NCBI GenBank assembly: GCA_963836755.1 | Contig: CAWIKF010000002.1 | Span: 1,760,001 to 1,824,000, forward strand | Source: an uncultured Verrucomicrobiae bacterium | GTDB lineage: Bacteria; Verrucomicrobiota; Verrucomicrobiia; Chthoniobacterales; Chthoniobacteraceae | DNA length: 64,000 bases | Reading direction: 5' to 3' | Shown here: positions 27,908 to 38,810 of the stretch, piece after piece | Position numbering within the stretch: the stretch's first letter is position 1 | Layout: each line of letters starts with the position of its first letter | Notes under the pieces: generated by a model | What the model saw: the letters and a program-made list of their open reading frames with translations, nothing else | The model's database searches: none | What the model was told of the DNA's origin: nothing | Translations under genes and position numbers: made by a program

Positions 27908-30121
27908 TTACAAGAGCTGGAAGGGATCGATGTCCACGGTGACGATGACTTCCTCGGGGAAGGTGAGTTTGTCCAGCACGTCGCGGACGGCGCGGGAAAG
28001 TTTCAGGATTGCCCGGGTGCGCAGCATGATTTGGAAGCGAAAGTTGCCGTGCGATTTCGCTAGCGGCGCTGGCACTGGCGCGCTCATTTCTGTGCCGGCC
28101 GGCACGGCATCTTGCAGGCGTCGCGCGAGTGTTTCGGCGGAAAATTGAGCGCGCGTTTCATGGGGCGACCGGATGTGGATGAGAGCCATGTGCGTGAACG
28201 GCGGGAATTTTCCCTGATCGCGAAACTCAATCTCCTGCTGCCAGAATCCCTCGAAATCGTGATGCCGCGCAAACTGGATCGCCGGATGAAATGGCGTAAA
28301 ACTTTGGACGAAGACTTCGCCCTCAGTTTCGCCGCGGCCGGCGCGCCCGGCGACCTGCGTGAGTAACTGAAACGTCCGCTCGCCCGCGCGAAAATCGGGC
28401 AGGTGCAGCGAGAGATCGGCGTTGATGATGCCGACCAGCGTGACGTTCGGAAAATGGAGGCCTTTCGCGATCATCTGCGTGCCGATGAGGATGTCGATTT
28501 TGCCGGCGCGAAAGGCGTTCAGCGTCTCGCGAAACGCATCCTTGCGCGACATCGTATCGGCATCCATGCGGCGAATCTGCGCGCCGGGGAAAAACTTTGC
28601 GACGGCCTCCTCGACCCGTTCGGTGCCCGTGCCGGAATATTTGATGCGCGGGTCGCCGCACTCCGGGCATTTCGCCGGCGCGACTGCCGTGTGACCGCAG
28701 ATGTGACAGATCATCCGATTGGCCGCGCGATGAAAAGTCAGCGCGAGCGAGCAGTTTGGGCATTCGCACACGTAGCCGCACTCGACGCAGATGAGCGACG
28801 TGGAAAAACCACGCCGATTCAAAAACAGAATTGACTGCTCGCGCTTTTCCAATCGCTCGCGAATGGCCGCGCACAGCCGATCGGAAAGGATCGTCGCCGA
28901 CTTTTGCTTCGTCGATTCGAGCCGCAAATCGATGATGCGAATGAGCGGCATTTTCTGGACATCGACGCGCTGGCGGAGATGGAGCAGCGTGTATTTTCCG
29001 CTCTGCGCGTTGTGATAACTCTCAATTGATGGCGTCGCGCTGCCGAGCAAAATGGCGCAATTTTCCAGGTTCGCGCGGAGCACCGCGACATCGCGCGCCT
29101 GATAACGCGGCGTTTCCTCTTGTTTATAGGATGTTTCATGCTCCTCATCGACCACGATCAGTCCGAGATTTTCCACCGGCGCGAAAATTGCGCTGCGCGC
29201 GCCGATGACGATCCGCGCGCGGCCGTCGTTGATTTTATGCCATTCATCGTGGCGCTCGCCGTGCGAAAGATGGCTGTGCAATACGGCGATTTCTTTTTGT
29301 GTGGAGGCGAAGCGCGACTTGAAACGCTCCACGGTTTGCGGCGTGAGCGAAATTTCCGGCACGAGAACGATCGCGGTTTTGCCGAGGTCGAGCACGAGCT
29401 GGATTGCCTGCAAATAAATTTCCGTTTTCCCGCTGCCCGTGACGCCGTGGAGCAGAATCGGCCGATGCCTTTCCGGCGCGAGAATTGCCTCGCGAACCTG
29501 CCCGAAAGCGGCGGCTTGTTCGGCGTTGAATTCCAATTGCGGCGCGTGGAGAAAAGTTTCGTCCTGGTGCGGATCGCGCTCGATTTTTTCGTCCTCGATC
29601 ACGACGAATCCGCGTTTTGAAAGTTGCTCGATTGCCTGTCGCGCGGCGGGCAGTTTCGCAAGAGCGACGGGTTGGCCAGCGGCTTTCAATTCGAGCAAAA
29701 CTTCGGCCTGTTTCGGCGCGCGCTTTTCGAGCTGAGCAATTTCTTCGTCGCTGATTTTACGCGCGAGCCGCGCAAATTTTCGTCGCAAATGCTCGACCTC
29801 ACCCTTGCGCACGACCTGCGGCAAAATGCTCCGCAGCGCGCCCTCGATCGAGCAGCAGTAATAATCGGCGATCCAGTGCCCGAGCTTGATGAGCAAAGGA
29901 TTGACGAGCGGTTTGCTGCCGATGATTTCCGAAATTTCGCGCACACCGGCGGCGTCTGTTTCGTCGCGCAGATCGACCACGGTCGCGAGCACGAGGCGCG
30001 TCCGCACGGGCACGCGCACGCGCGAACCGACGGCGATTTTTTCCACCATCGGCGCTGGAATTTCGTAGTCGAATGCGTGGCTGCCGCTTTGATCGACAAT
30101 GACACGCGCATACTTCGGCAT
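27908..30121 (-). CDS. priA: Primosomal protein N' (replication restart helicase)
   Basis: GVTGSGKTE, LVPEISLTPQ, DEEH, four CxxC, GTQMIAKGLHF, QVAGRAGR; start at ATG 30121. Confidence 0.97.
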   Translation of the reverse strand: MPKYARVIVDQSGSHAFDYEIPAPMVEKIAVGSRVRVPVRTRLVLATVVDLRDETDAAGVREISEIIGSKPLVNPLLIKLGHWIADYYCCSIEGALRSILPQVVRKGEVEHLRRKFARLARKISDEEIAQLEKRAPKQAEVLLELKAAGQPVALAKLPAARQAIEQLSKRGFVVIEDEKIERDPHQDETFLHAPQLEFNAEQAAAFGQVREAILAPERHRPILLHGVTGSGKTEIYLQAIQLVLDLGKTAIVLVPEISLTPQTVERFKSRFASTQKEIAVLHSHLSHGERHDEWHKINDGRARIVIGARSAIFAPVENLGLIVVDEEHETSYKQEETPRYQARDVAVLRANLENCAILLGSATPSIESYHNAQSGKYTLLHLRQRVDVQKMPLIRIIDLRLESTKQKSATILSDRLCAAIRERLEKREQSILFLNRRGFSTSLICVECGYVCECPNCSLALTFHRAANRMICHICGHTAVAPAKCPECGDPRIKYSGTGTERVEEAVAKFFPGAQIRRMDADTMSRKDAFRETLNAFRAGKIDILIGTQMIAKGLHFPNVTLVGIINADLSLHLPDFRAGERTFQLLTQVAGRAGRGETEGEVFVQSFTPFHPAIQFARHHDFEGFWQQEIEFRDQGKFPPFTHMALIHIRSPHETRAQFSAETLARRLQDAVPAGTEMSAPVPAPLAKSHGNFRFQIMLRTRAILKLSRAVRDVLDKLTFPEEVIVTVDIDPFQLL

Positions 30122-30194
30122 GCGCGAAACAATCCGTCCCGCGCTAGGATTTTGATAGCAGTTTTTCGCGAGCGCGCTTTTAGTGACGGCCACA

Positions 30195-30800
30195 ATGTTC
30201 GGGTGCCTGCGCAATTTTGTTTTGCTCGCGATCCTCGCCGCTGCGATCGCCGCTGGATGGGTGCTTTCGCGCTCGGCCGATCCGCTTTATGTGGCGGAGG
30301 AATGGGCGAATTATCCGCGCTTCAGCCGCTACGACAAATTGATCACCGAGATCAGCCGCAGACGCGGGCTCGACCCGATGCTCGTGAAGGCGATCATCTG
30401 GCGGGAGAGCAAATTTCAGCCCGACAAAGTTGGCAAAAACGGCGAGCGCGGCCTAATGCAAATCACCGAGCCTGCGGCGAGCGATTGGGCGAAGCAGAAC
30501 AAAATCGAGACCTTCGTGCCGACCGATCTTTTTTCGCCGAGGACGAACATCGAAGCCGGCACGTGGTATTTCAAAAAAGCGCTTCAGCGCTACGCACAAA
30601 AGGACGAGCCGATGACATTCGCGCTCGCCGAATACAACGCCGGCCGCCGCACGGTCGACAAATGGGTTGGGGACAGCAACATGGGCGCGCAGGCCACGGC
30701 CGAAGATCTCCGCGACAGCATTTCGTTTCCGGGAACGAAGAGTTACGTCGAAGCGATCTTAAAACGCTACCGCTTCTATAAACAGCGCGGACGGCTTTAG
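30195..30800 (+). CDS. Lytic transglycosylase (SLT domain)
   Basis: AIIWRESKF, GLMQI, NIEAGTWY, AEYNAG; N-terminal TM anchor. Confidence 0.92.
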   Translation: MFGCLRNFVLLAILAAAIAAGWVLSRSADPLYVAEEWANYPRFSRYDKLITEISRRRGLDPMLVKAIIWRESKFQPDKVGKNGERGLMQITEPAASDWAKQNKIETFVPTDLFSPRTNIEAGTWYFKKALQRYAQKDEPMTFALAEYNAGRRTVDKWVGDSNMGAQATAEDLRDSISFPGTKSYVEAILKRYRFYKQRGRL

Positions 30801-30811
30801 CGCTGCCGAGA

Positions 30812-30985
30812 CTACAAAACTTTTTTGCCCGCGAAAATCGCCAGTGCGAAAAGCACGAGGCAGATCACGAGAAAAATGCCGAACAGCACTTTCGCGATGG
30901 CTGCAGCTGCGCCGGCGACTCCGGTGAAGCCGAGCAATGCCGCGATCACCGCGATCACGAGGAATGTAAAGGCCCAAGATAACAT
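30812..30985 (-). CDS. DUF1328 (UPF0391) small membrane protein
   Basis: [35 protein letters not shown]; strong upstream AGGAGGT Shine-Dalgarno. Confidence 0.9.
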   Translation of the reverse strand: MLSWAFTFLVIAVIAALLGFTGVAGAAAAIAKVLFGIFLVICLVLFALAIFAGKKVL

Positions 30986-31064
30986 CTGTTTTCTCACCTC
31001 CTTTCGCCTGAAATATCGAAGCGCGGAGATGAAATGGGCGCAGCGTTTTTCGCCGCGAAATGTT

Positions 31065-31706
31065 TTAGAACTTTTTCTGCGAAGGCGCTGAGCCGCTCGC
31101 GGAGACGACGTTTGAAGCCGTGAGCGCTGTGCTTGGAACATTCGGCGCGAAGCCGCCGGCAAAATCGATCACGCACATGGAACCGAAGCGCGCGTGCCCC
31201 CCGCAGGCGATGCCGGCGAGCGTAAAGTCGGGGCTGAAAATATTTTTGCGATGGCCGCGCAAAGGCACGCCTTCATCGACGATGAGCGCAGCGACGATTT
31301 TCTTCGCATCGCTAAATCCGTAAGAAATGTTTTCGCCAGCTTTGCCGCTCCATTTGCCGAATTTCGCCATGCGATCCCAAGGCAGGCTGCGATCGCTGCC
31401 GGTGTGGCCGAGCGCGCCGCGCGAACCTTGATCCGATACGTGCGATTGCGCGCCGAGCATCAAGCCGTCAGAAAAATCGAGCGGCGGCAGCGGCTTTGCA
31501 TGAGTGAGAAAATCGACCGCTTCCTTCACGCAGCGAAGCGTCTCCGGACTGCGCGAGCCGTCCATGCGCTCGGTGAGCAGCAGCGCATATTGGTGCGGGC
31601 AGGTGCGCGCGAGATTGATTTCCTCGAGCACTTCAATCGAGGTTTCGTTTGCGCGGCTGATCTGGACAAAAGCGAACGCGCAGAGCAGGGGAAGAAGGAT
31701 TTTCAT
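31065..31706 (-). CDS. CAP/SCP domain secreted protein
   Basis: INLAR, AQSHVSD, GHTGSD, GENISYG, RGHRKNI. Confidence 0.85.
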   Translation of the reverse strand: MKILLPLLCAFAFVQISRANETSIEVLEEINLARTCPHQYALLLTERMDGSRSPETLRCVKEAVDFLTHAKPLPPLDFSDGLMLGAQSHVSDQGSRGALGHTGSDRSLPWDRMAKFGKWSGKAGENISYGFSDAKKIVAALIVDEGVPLRGHRKNIFSPDFTLAGIACGGHARFGSMCVIDFAGGFAPNVPSTALTASNVVSASGSAPSQKKF

Positions 31707-31742
31707 CCCTTCCATGGAGCAGGGAAAATGCCAGCGACCGCC

Positions 31743-32543
31743 CTACAATTTAAACTTCGGGCATTGCGACAAAAATCGGCGTGGATTTTCAAACAGCAGC
31801 GCGTCGATCGTTTCCGGCGAATGGCCGCGGCGGCGCATTTCGACGGCGGTTTTCGGCACGGCGAGAGGATCGCTGTGGCCCCAGTCGCACGCGGAGTTGA
31901 GCCAGATATTTTCGCGGCCAAACGTTTCCACGATGTCGATCGCGCGCGCCGGCGTGCACTTTGATTCCGGATAAAGTGTCACGCCGGCCCAAAAGCCGGC
32001 GTTCAACACGACGTCAACAGTATGTTCCTCGACATGGTCGATGATGACGCGGCCAGGCGTCACGTCCGAATGATTTTTTAGAAGATCGACGATCAGCCGC
32101 GTGCCCTTGAGCTTGTCCTCCAGATGCGGCGTGTGGACGAGGATCAAGTGCCCGTGCCGGACGGCGAGATCGATGTGTTTTTCCAATACGGCCAGCTCGT
32201 TGCGCGTGTTTTTATTGAGTCCAATTTCGCCAATGCCGAGGACGTTTGGCTTTTGCAAAAACTCGGGAATCAGCGCGAGCACTTCATCGGCGAGCCTGAC
32301 GTTTTCGGCTTCCTTCGGGTTGATGCAGAGCCAGGTGAAATGCGGCAGGCCGAACTTTGACGCGCGTCGCGGTTCGTGCTCGGTGAGCTGCGCAAAATAA
32401 TCGTAAAAGCCGTCCGCGCTGCTCCGGTCGAAGCCAGCCCAGAATGCCGGCTCGCACACTGCCGCGCATCCCGCGGTGACCATCGCAAGATAATCATCGG
32501 TCGTCCGGCTGACCATGTGCGCGTGTGGCTCGATGTAACGCAT
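31743..32543 (-). CDS. TatD-family metal-dependent hydrolase (EboB-like)
   Basis: EPHAH, IGEIG, VHTPH, IIDH, NSACDWG. Confidence 0.85.
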   Translation of the reverse strand: MRYIEPHAHMVSRTTDDYLAMVTAGCAAVCEPAFWAGFDRSSADGFYDYFAQLTEHEPRRASKFGLPHFTWLCINPKEAENVRLADEVLALIPEFLQKPNVLGIGEIGLNKNTRNELAVLEKHIDLAVRHGHLILVHTPHLEDKLKGTRLIVDLLKNHSDVTPGRVIIDHVEEHTVDVVLNAGFWAGVTLYPESKCTPARAIDIVETFGRENIWLNSACDWGHSDPLAVPKTAVEMRRRGHSPETIDALLFENPRRFLSQCPKFKL

Positions 32544-32546
32544 TTG

Positions 32547-32819
32547 CTAAACAGCCGAAGCTGCATCGAAAGCGCCGCGCGCGCCTTTCTCGCCAGCGTT
32601 CTCAAGCGGCTCGCGCGTCGGATCGCTGAAGGCCAGCAGCACGCGCCGCGCGCGATCGCCGCCCTTTTTTGCCAACTCGGCAATCGTCTTTTCAAAAGCC
32701 GCTTCTCGAAAATCACTCGCGCCATCTGCTCGTTCGAGCCGGTCAAGAAAAGCCGCGAGATCGATCAGCCGAGCGCGAGCGTCGATGAAGTAAAGGTCGA
32801 GAAGTTGCTGCCGCGTCAT
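32547..32819 (-). CDS. Conserved hypothetical protein
   Basis: 90 aa (RARLIDLAAFLDRLER...FSDPT), 3 bp upstream of the TatD-like gene. Confidence 0.75.
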   Translation of the reverse strand: MTRQQLLDLYFIDARARLIDLAAFLDRLERADGASDFREAAFEKTIAELAKKGGDRARRVLLAFSDPTREPLENAGEKGARGAFDAASAV

Positions 32820-32973
32820 GCAGAGAAATTACACGGCGCGCGCGGCGCGGCAACCATTCCAGCTGCGGGTTAACCGTCGCCAGCTTGTGGAAATCCCCAT
32901 TGCTCTGCGGGAATTTCGCGCTAAGCTCGCGCCTGTGCGCAACCCCCGCGTCTCACGGGAGTTTAAATAACCC

Positions 32974-34296
32974 ATGAGCGATTTCCAACCGATCACTTGG
33001 CGCGAGGATCCCTCGCATTTCCGGAAAGTTTCGCGGCGCGATTTTCTCTACGTTGGTCTCGTCGGCGGACTCGGGCTGACGCTTGGGGATTTTTTTAAAT
33101 CGCGCGCCGCTGAAGCGGTGACCGAGGCAAAAGCAAAGGCGCTCATCCACATTTTCTTGCCGGGAGGAATTTCGGCGCACGAGTCGTTCGACCCGAAACC
33201 GCTCGCGCCAGTGGAAGTGCGTGGTCCTTTTGGATCAATCCCGACAAAGCTCGACGGCGTCCGTTTCAATGAGCTGATGAAAGAGACCGCGCAGGTCGCG
33301 GACAAACTCACGATCGTCCGCTCGATGACGCACGGCGAAGCGGCGCACGAACGCGGGACGCACAATATGTTTACCGGCTATCGACCAAGCCCGGCGATCC
33401 AGTATCCGAGCTTTGGCAGCGTGGTTTCGCACGAGCTGGGCGTGCAGAACGATCTGCCGCCGTATGTCTGCGTGCCGTCGCAGCCGAATCCCTACGCGGG
33501 CAGCGGCTACCTGAGCAATGCCTACGGGCCGTTCAGTCTCGGCGGCGACCCCGGCAACATGCAATTCAAGGTGCGCGACCTGACTCTGCCGCCGGATGTG
33601 GATCACGAGCGATTCGCGCAGCGCCAGAGCATCCTCGCCTCGGTCGACGCGCATTTTCGTGCGCTGGAAAAATCGGATGCGCTCGACGCGATGGATAGTT
33701 TTTACCAGCGCGCTTACGGCTTGGTCAGTTCGCCGAAAGCGCGCGAGGCATTCAATTTAAAAAGCGAGCCGGAAGCGCTCAAAGACGAATATGGCCGCAC
33801 CGATGCCGGCATGCGGATGCTGATGTCGCGCCGTCTGGTGGAAGGAGGCGTCCGTTTTGTCTCGATGGTGTTCGGCGGCTGGGATCATCACACAAATGTC
33901 AAAGCCGGCATCGAACGCGACCTGCCGCGGTTTGACAAAGCTTACGCGGCGTTGATCCGCGATCTCGATCGTCGCGGGATGCTCGACTCGACGCTGGTCA
34001 TGGTGACGACGGAATTTGGCCGCACGGCAAAAGTCAATAAAGACGCCGGGCGCGATCATTGGCCGCGCGTTTTTTCCATCGCACTCGCAGGCGGCGGGAT
34101 CAAGCGTGGTCAGGTTTATGGCTCATCCGACGCGACCGGCGCGGAGCCGGATGAAAATCCGCTCTCGGTGCCGGATTTCGCGATGACGATCTACAAACAG
34201 CTCGGCATCGACGGCAAAAAGAAGTTGATGTCGCCCGGCAATCGGCCGATCGACATCGTGCGCGACGGACAAGTGGTGACTGATTTGCTGGCGTAA
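32974..34296 (+). CDS. DUF1501 domain protein (Tat-like signal)
   Basis: SRRDFL, IHIFLPGG, FDPKP, GGWDHH, EFGRT, GRDHWP. Confidence 0.92.
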   Translation: MSDFQPITWREDPSHFRKVSRRDFLYVGLVGGLGLTLGDFFKSRAAEAVTEAKAKALIHIFLPGGISAHESFDPKPLAPVEVRGPFGSIPTKLDGVRFNELMKETAQVADKLTIVRSMTHGEAAHERGTHNMFTGYRPSPAIQYPSFGSVVSHELGVQNDLPPYVCVPSQPNPYAGSGYLSNAYGPFSLGGDPGNMQFKVRDLTLPPDVDHERFAQRQSILASVDAHFRALEKSDALDAMDSFYQRAYGLVSSPKAREAFNLKSEPEALKDEYGRTDAGMRMLMSRRLVEGGVRFVSMVFGGWDHHTNVKAGIERDLPRFDKAYAALIRDLDRRGMLDSTLVMVTTEFGRTAKVNKDAGRDHWPRVFSIALAGGGIKRGQVYGSSDATGAEPDENPLSVPDFAMTIYKQLGIDGKKKLMSPGNRPIDIVRDGQVVTDLLA

Positions 34297-34298
34297 AA

Positions 34299-36612
34299 AT
34301 GTTGCGGCGCGCCCTCGCGATTTGGTTCGTTTGCGCGGCGGCTCTTCAGGCGGCGTCACCGCAGCTCGATTTCGTCGATCCTCCCGGCGGCCAGCGCGGC
34401 GCGGAACTCGAGATGACAATCACCGGCCAGCATCTGGACGATGCGAAAGGTCTGCTGTTTTATTCCCCAGGCATCGAGGTCGAATCGCTGACGCCGAGCG
34501 GCGGCGGCAAACTTTTCGCGAAATTAAAAATCGGCGCCGATTGCTCGCTGGGCGAGCACGCGTGGCGCGTCTGGACAGCGACTGGCGTTTCGGATTTGAC
34601 CACACTTTCCGTCGGCCCGTTTCCAAATGTCGCGGAGCTGGAGCCGAACAATGATCCGCAGCACGCGCAAAAAATTGCGCTGAATACAACCGTTAACGGC
34701 GTGATCAAAGAGGAGGACATCGATTGGTTTTCTGTCGAAGCCAAAAAAGGTCAGCGCCTCACCGCGGAAGTCGAAGGCATGCGGCTCGGCAAGGCGATGT
34801 TCGATCCGTGGCTTTCGATTTCCAGCGCGGATGGGAAAGTGCTCGCCGCCAATGACGACAACGCACTTTTTTTGCAGGACCCGCTCGTCTCGCTGATCGC
34901 GCCGGCTGACGGAACATACTTCATCGCCATCCGCGAAAGCTCGTGGGGCGGCAGCGAGAAGAGCCAGTATCGCTTGCACGTTGGAACTTTTCCGCAGCCG
35001 CTCGCGGTCTATCCGCCGGGCGGTCAAACAGGCGAGAAGCTTGCCATCACGCTGCTTGGCGATCCGGCCGGGCCGATCCCAAAAACCGTGACGCTGCCCG
35101 CACAAACGGATGAAAGTTTTGCGATCTTTGCCGAGCAGGACGGTGCGATTGCTCCGGCTGCGAACAAGATTCGCGTCTCATCTTTTCCGAACGTGCTCGA
35201 AATGGAGCCGAACAACAGTGTCCAACAAGCGACAACGACTGACAAACCGTTGCCGCTGGCCTTCAACGGCGCGATTGGTGAAAAAGGCGACGCAGATTTT
35301 TTCCAGTTCAATGCGAAGAAAGATCAGGAGCTCGATGTAAGCGTTTACGCGCGCCGACTCCGTTCGCCGCTCGATTCCGTGCTCACGCTTTACGATGCGA
35401 AGAGCCATCAAATTGCGAGCAATGACGACTCGGCGGGGCCCGACAGCTATCTGCATTTCAAAGTTCCGCGCGACGGCGCATATTATTTGTCGGTGCGCGA
35501 TCAACTTTCACGCGGCGGCCCCATTTTCACCTATCGCGTCGAGGTCACGCCGGCCGTGCCGGATGTGGCGCTGACGATTCCCGAAATGCGCAAGGATACG
35601 CAAGAGCGGCAGACGATCGTCGTGCCGCGCGGCAATCGCTACGGCGCAATTTTTCGCGTGAAGCGCAGTGATGTCGGCGGAACGCTTAAAGTTTCACCGC
35701 GCGATTTGCCGCCGGGCATCACCGCGCAATCCGATGCGCTGGAGCGTGGCGACACGCTGCCGGTGGTTTTCGAGGCGACGCCCGACGCGCAGGTCGCGGG
35801 AAAATTGTGCGACGTGGAAGCTGCGCCGGAGGATGAAAAAAATCCGACCTCCGGCCATTTTCAGCCAGCATGTCGAGCTGGTGCGCGGGCAGAACAACAC
35901 AGCTTATTACGCAATTGATGTGGAAAAAGTGCCGGTGGTCGTCGCTGATGCGGCTCCTTTTAAAATCGAAATCGTGCCGCCGAAAGTGCCGATCGTGCAA
36001 AGCGGCACGATGAATTTGCACATCGTCGCGACGCGTGTGGAGGGATTCAAAGGCGCGATCAATTGCTCGATGTTATGGACGCCGCCGGGCCTCGGCGCGC
36101 AAGTCAACGTGACGATTCCCGCGGACAAAAACGAAGTGACGATGCCGCTCAGCGCGAACGACAACGCGCCGGTGCGCACCTGGAAAACAGCGATCGCCGC
36201 ATCGGCCGATGCGGGTCACGGCACGGTCTGGGTTTCCTCGCAGCTCATCGGCCTCGAAGTCGCAAAGCCTTTCGTGACTGGCGAAATCGTTCGCACCGAA
36301 GCAAAGCAAGGCGAGTCCGCGACGATCGTATGTCGGCTCGCGCAAAAAAAAGCTTTTGATGGAAAGGCGAAGCTGCAGCTGCTCGGCCTGCCGAATAAAG
36401 CGACGGCGCCGGATGTGGAAATCACGTCCGCGGATCAGGAGGCAAAGTTTGACGTGAAGACCGATCCCGGCAGCCCGGCGGGTCAGCATCGCACTTTGTT
36501 TTGTCAGCTCACGATCATGCAGAACGGCGAACGGATTGTGCAAAATTTCGCGCAAGGCGGTGTCTTGCGCATCGACAAACCGGCGGTAAAGAAAGTTGCC
36601 GTCGCGCCATGA
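34299..36612 (+). CDS. PPC-domain-containing secreted protein (apparent frameshift ~35862)
   Basis: PPGGQRG, two EPNN repeats, DIDWF, SNDD; ORFs 34299-35918 and 35668-36612 join as one protein. Confidence 0.8.
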
Positions 36613-38805
36613 AAGCAAAGTTTCTCGCGCTCACTTTTACAGCCGCGATCGGCGCGAACGTGGCTGTTCCAAAGCCACGCGGACGCGCCCGTTGTCGTCG
36701 AGGCGATCCGGCTCGAGCAGCCGATCAGTTTTAAAAACGACGTGATGCCGATCATCACGAAAGCCGGCTGCAACACCGGCGGTTGCCACGGCGCAGCGCA
36801 CGGCCAGGATGGATTTCATCTTTCGCTTTTCGGCTACGATCCTGACGGCGATTACGAGCGGATCACGCGCGAGATGGGTGCGCGTCGCGTGAATCTCGCT
36901 CTGCCCGAAGAGAGTCTACTTTTGCAAAAATCGACCGGCAACGTCGCGCACACCGGTGGCAAGCGGATTGACAAAAACAGCAACTTTTACAAAGCGATCC
37001 TGAAATGGATTGACGCCGGCGCACCGCGCGATTTGGCAGACGTCGCGCACCCGGTTGCGGTCGATATTTTGCCGCGGCAAATTTTGCTCGAAGGCGAGAA
37101 CGTGACGCAACAACTCCAGGTCACGGCGCGCTATTCCGACGGCACGATGCGCGACGTCACGCCGCTCGCGGTCTTCATCACGAACAACGAATCGTCGGCA
37201 AAAATTTCGCCGGCCGGTCTCGTCACGTCTGGCGAGCGCGGCGAAGCGTTCGTCACCGCGCGCTTCGCGACGACCACCGTCGGCGTCCCCGTGATCGTGG
37301 TGCCGAAAAATCTGGCGTTCACTTTTCCGCCGGTGCCGGAGTGCAATTACATCGACACGCTGATCGACGATAAATTAAAAAAACTCCGAATCGCGCCGTC
37401 CGATGTTTGTGACGATGAGGAATTTTTGCGTCGAGTGACACTCGACGTGACCGGGCTGCTGCCGACGCCCGCCGAGCACGACCAATTCCTCGCGGATGCC
37501 GATGAACACAAGCGCGAGAAGCTCGTGGACGAATTGCTCAAGCGGCCAGAGTTCGTCGATCTATGGGTGATGAAATGGGCGGAGCTGCTGCAAATTCGCT
37601 CCGGCAACGACGTCAGCACGAAATCGGCGCTCGTCTATTTCGACTGGCTGCGCGACCAGCTCAGCCGCAATGTGCCGATCAATCAGCTAGTTAAACAACT
37701 GGTTGCAAGTGACGGCGGCACGTTTGAAAATCCCGCCGCTGGCTTTTACCAATTTGAAACCGATCCGCTGAAACTCGCGGAGGATACGGCGCAGGCTTTC
37801 CTCGGCGTGCAGATGAAATGCGCGCAGTGCCACAACCATCCGTTCGACCAGTGGACCATGAATGACTACCGCGGCTTCGTCGCATTTTTCACGCAAGTCG
37901 CGCGGAAAAAAGGCGAGGATCCGCGCGAGACGATCGTGTTTAACCGCGGCGAAGGCGAATCGAAAAATCCAATCACGAATGCGGTTATCGCGCCAAAGTT
38001 TCTCGGCGGAGCCGCACCGGACGTGAAGGGAAAAGATCGGCGCGAAGCGCTCGCGGATTGGCTGTCCTCGTCGGACAACCCGTATTTCGCGCGGCATTTT
38101 GCGAACATCATTTGGGCTCAATTTTTCGGCCGTGGAATCATCGAGCCGGTTGACGACGTTCGCGTGAGCAACCCACCGTCGAACCCGGAATTGCTCGACG
38201 CGCTCGCGCAGCATCTCGTCGATTACCATTACGATTTCCAGCGGCTCGTGCGCGACATTTGCAACTCGCGCACCTACCAGCTTTCCAGCATCACGAACGC
38301 GACGAATGAAAGCGACGTGCGCAATTTTTCGCACAGCGCCGTGCGTCGGCTGCGCGCGGAAGTGATGCTCGATTGCATCAGCGAAGTGACCGGCACGAAA
38401 AATAAATTCCGCGGCCTGCCGCTCGGCGCTCACGCGGTGCAGATCGCGGACGGGCAGACGTCGAATTATTTTTTAAAGACGTTTGGCCGCGCGACCCGAG
38501 AGACGCCATGCGCGTGCGAGGTGTCGATGGAGCCAAACCTTTCGCAGGCGCTGCAGTTGCTGAACGGCGAAATCGTGCAGAACAAAATCAACAGCGGCGG
38601 CGCGGTGCAGCGCGAGATTGCGGAGAAAAAATCCGCCAGTGAAATCGTCAGCGACCTTTATCTGCGCTGCTTTTCGCGCAAGCCGACGGAGGAGGAATTG
38701 AAAAGCTTCGAGCCGCTGCTCGCCAAAAACGATGCGATGCAAAAGACGCTCAACGATGTCTTTTGGGCGTTGCTGAACTCGAAGGAGTTCATGTTCAACC
38801 ATTGA
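36609..38805 (+). CDS. DUF1549/DUF1553 planctomycete-type cytochrome-like protein (apparent frameshift ~36675)
   Basis: SFKNDVMP, GCNTGGCHG, FLRRVTLD, CAQCHNHPFD, FFGRGIIEPVDD, WALLNSKEF. Confidence 0.9.
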
Positions 38806-38810
38806 GCGCG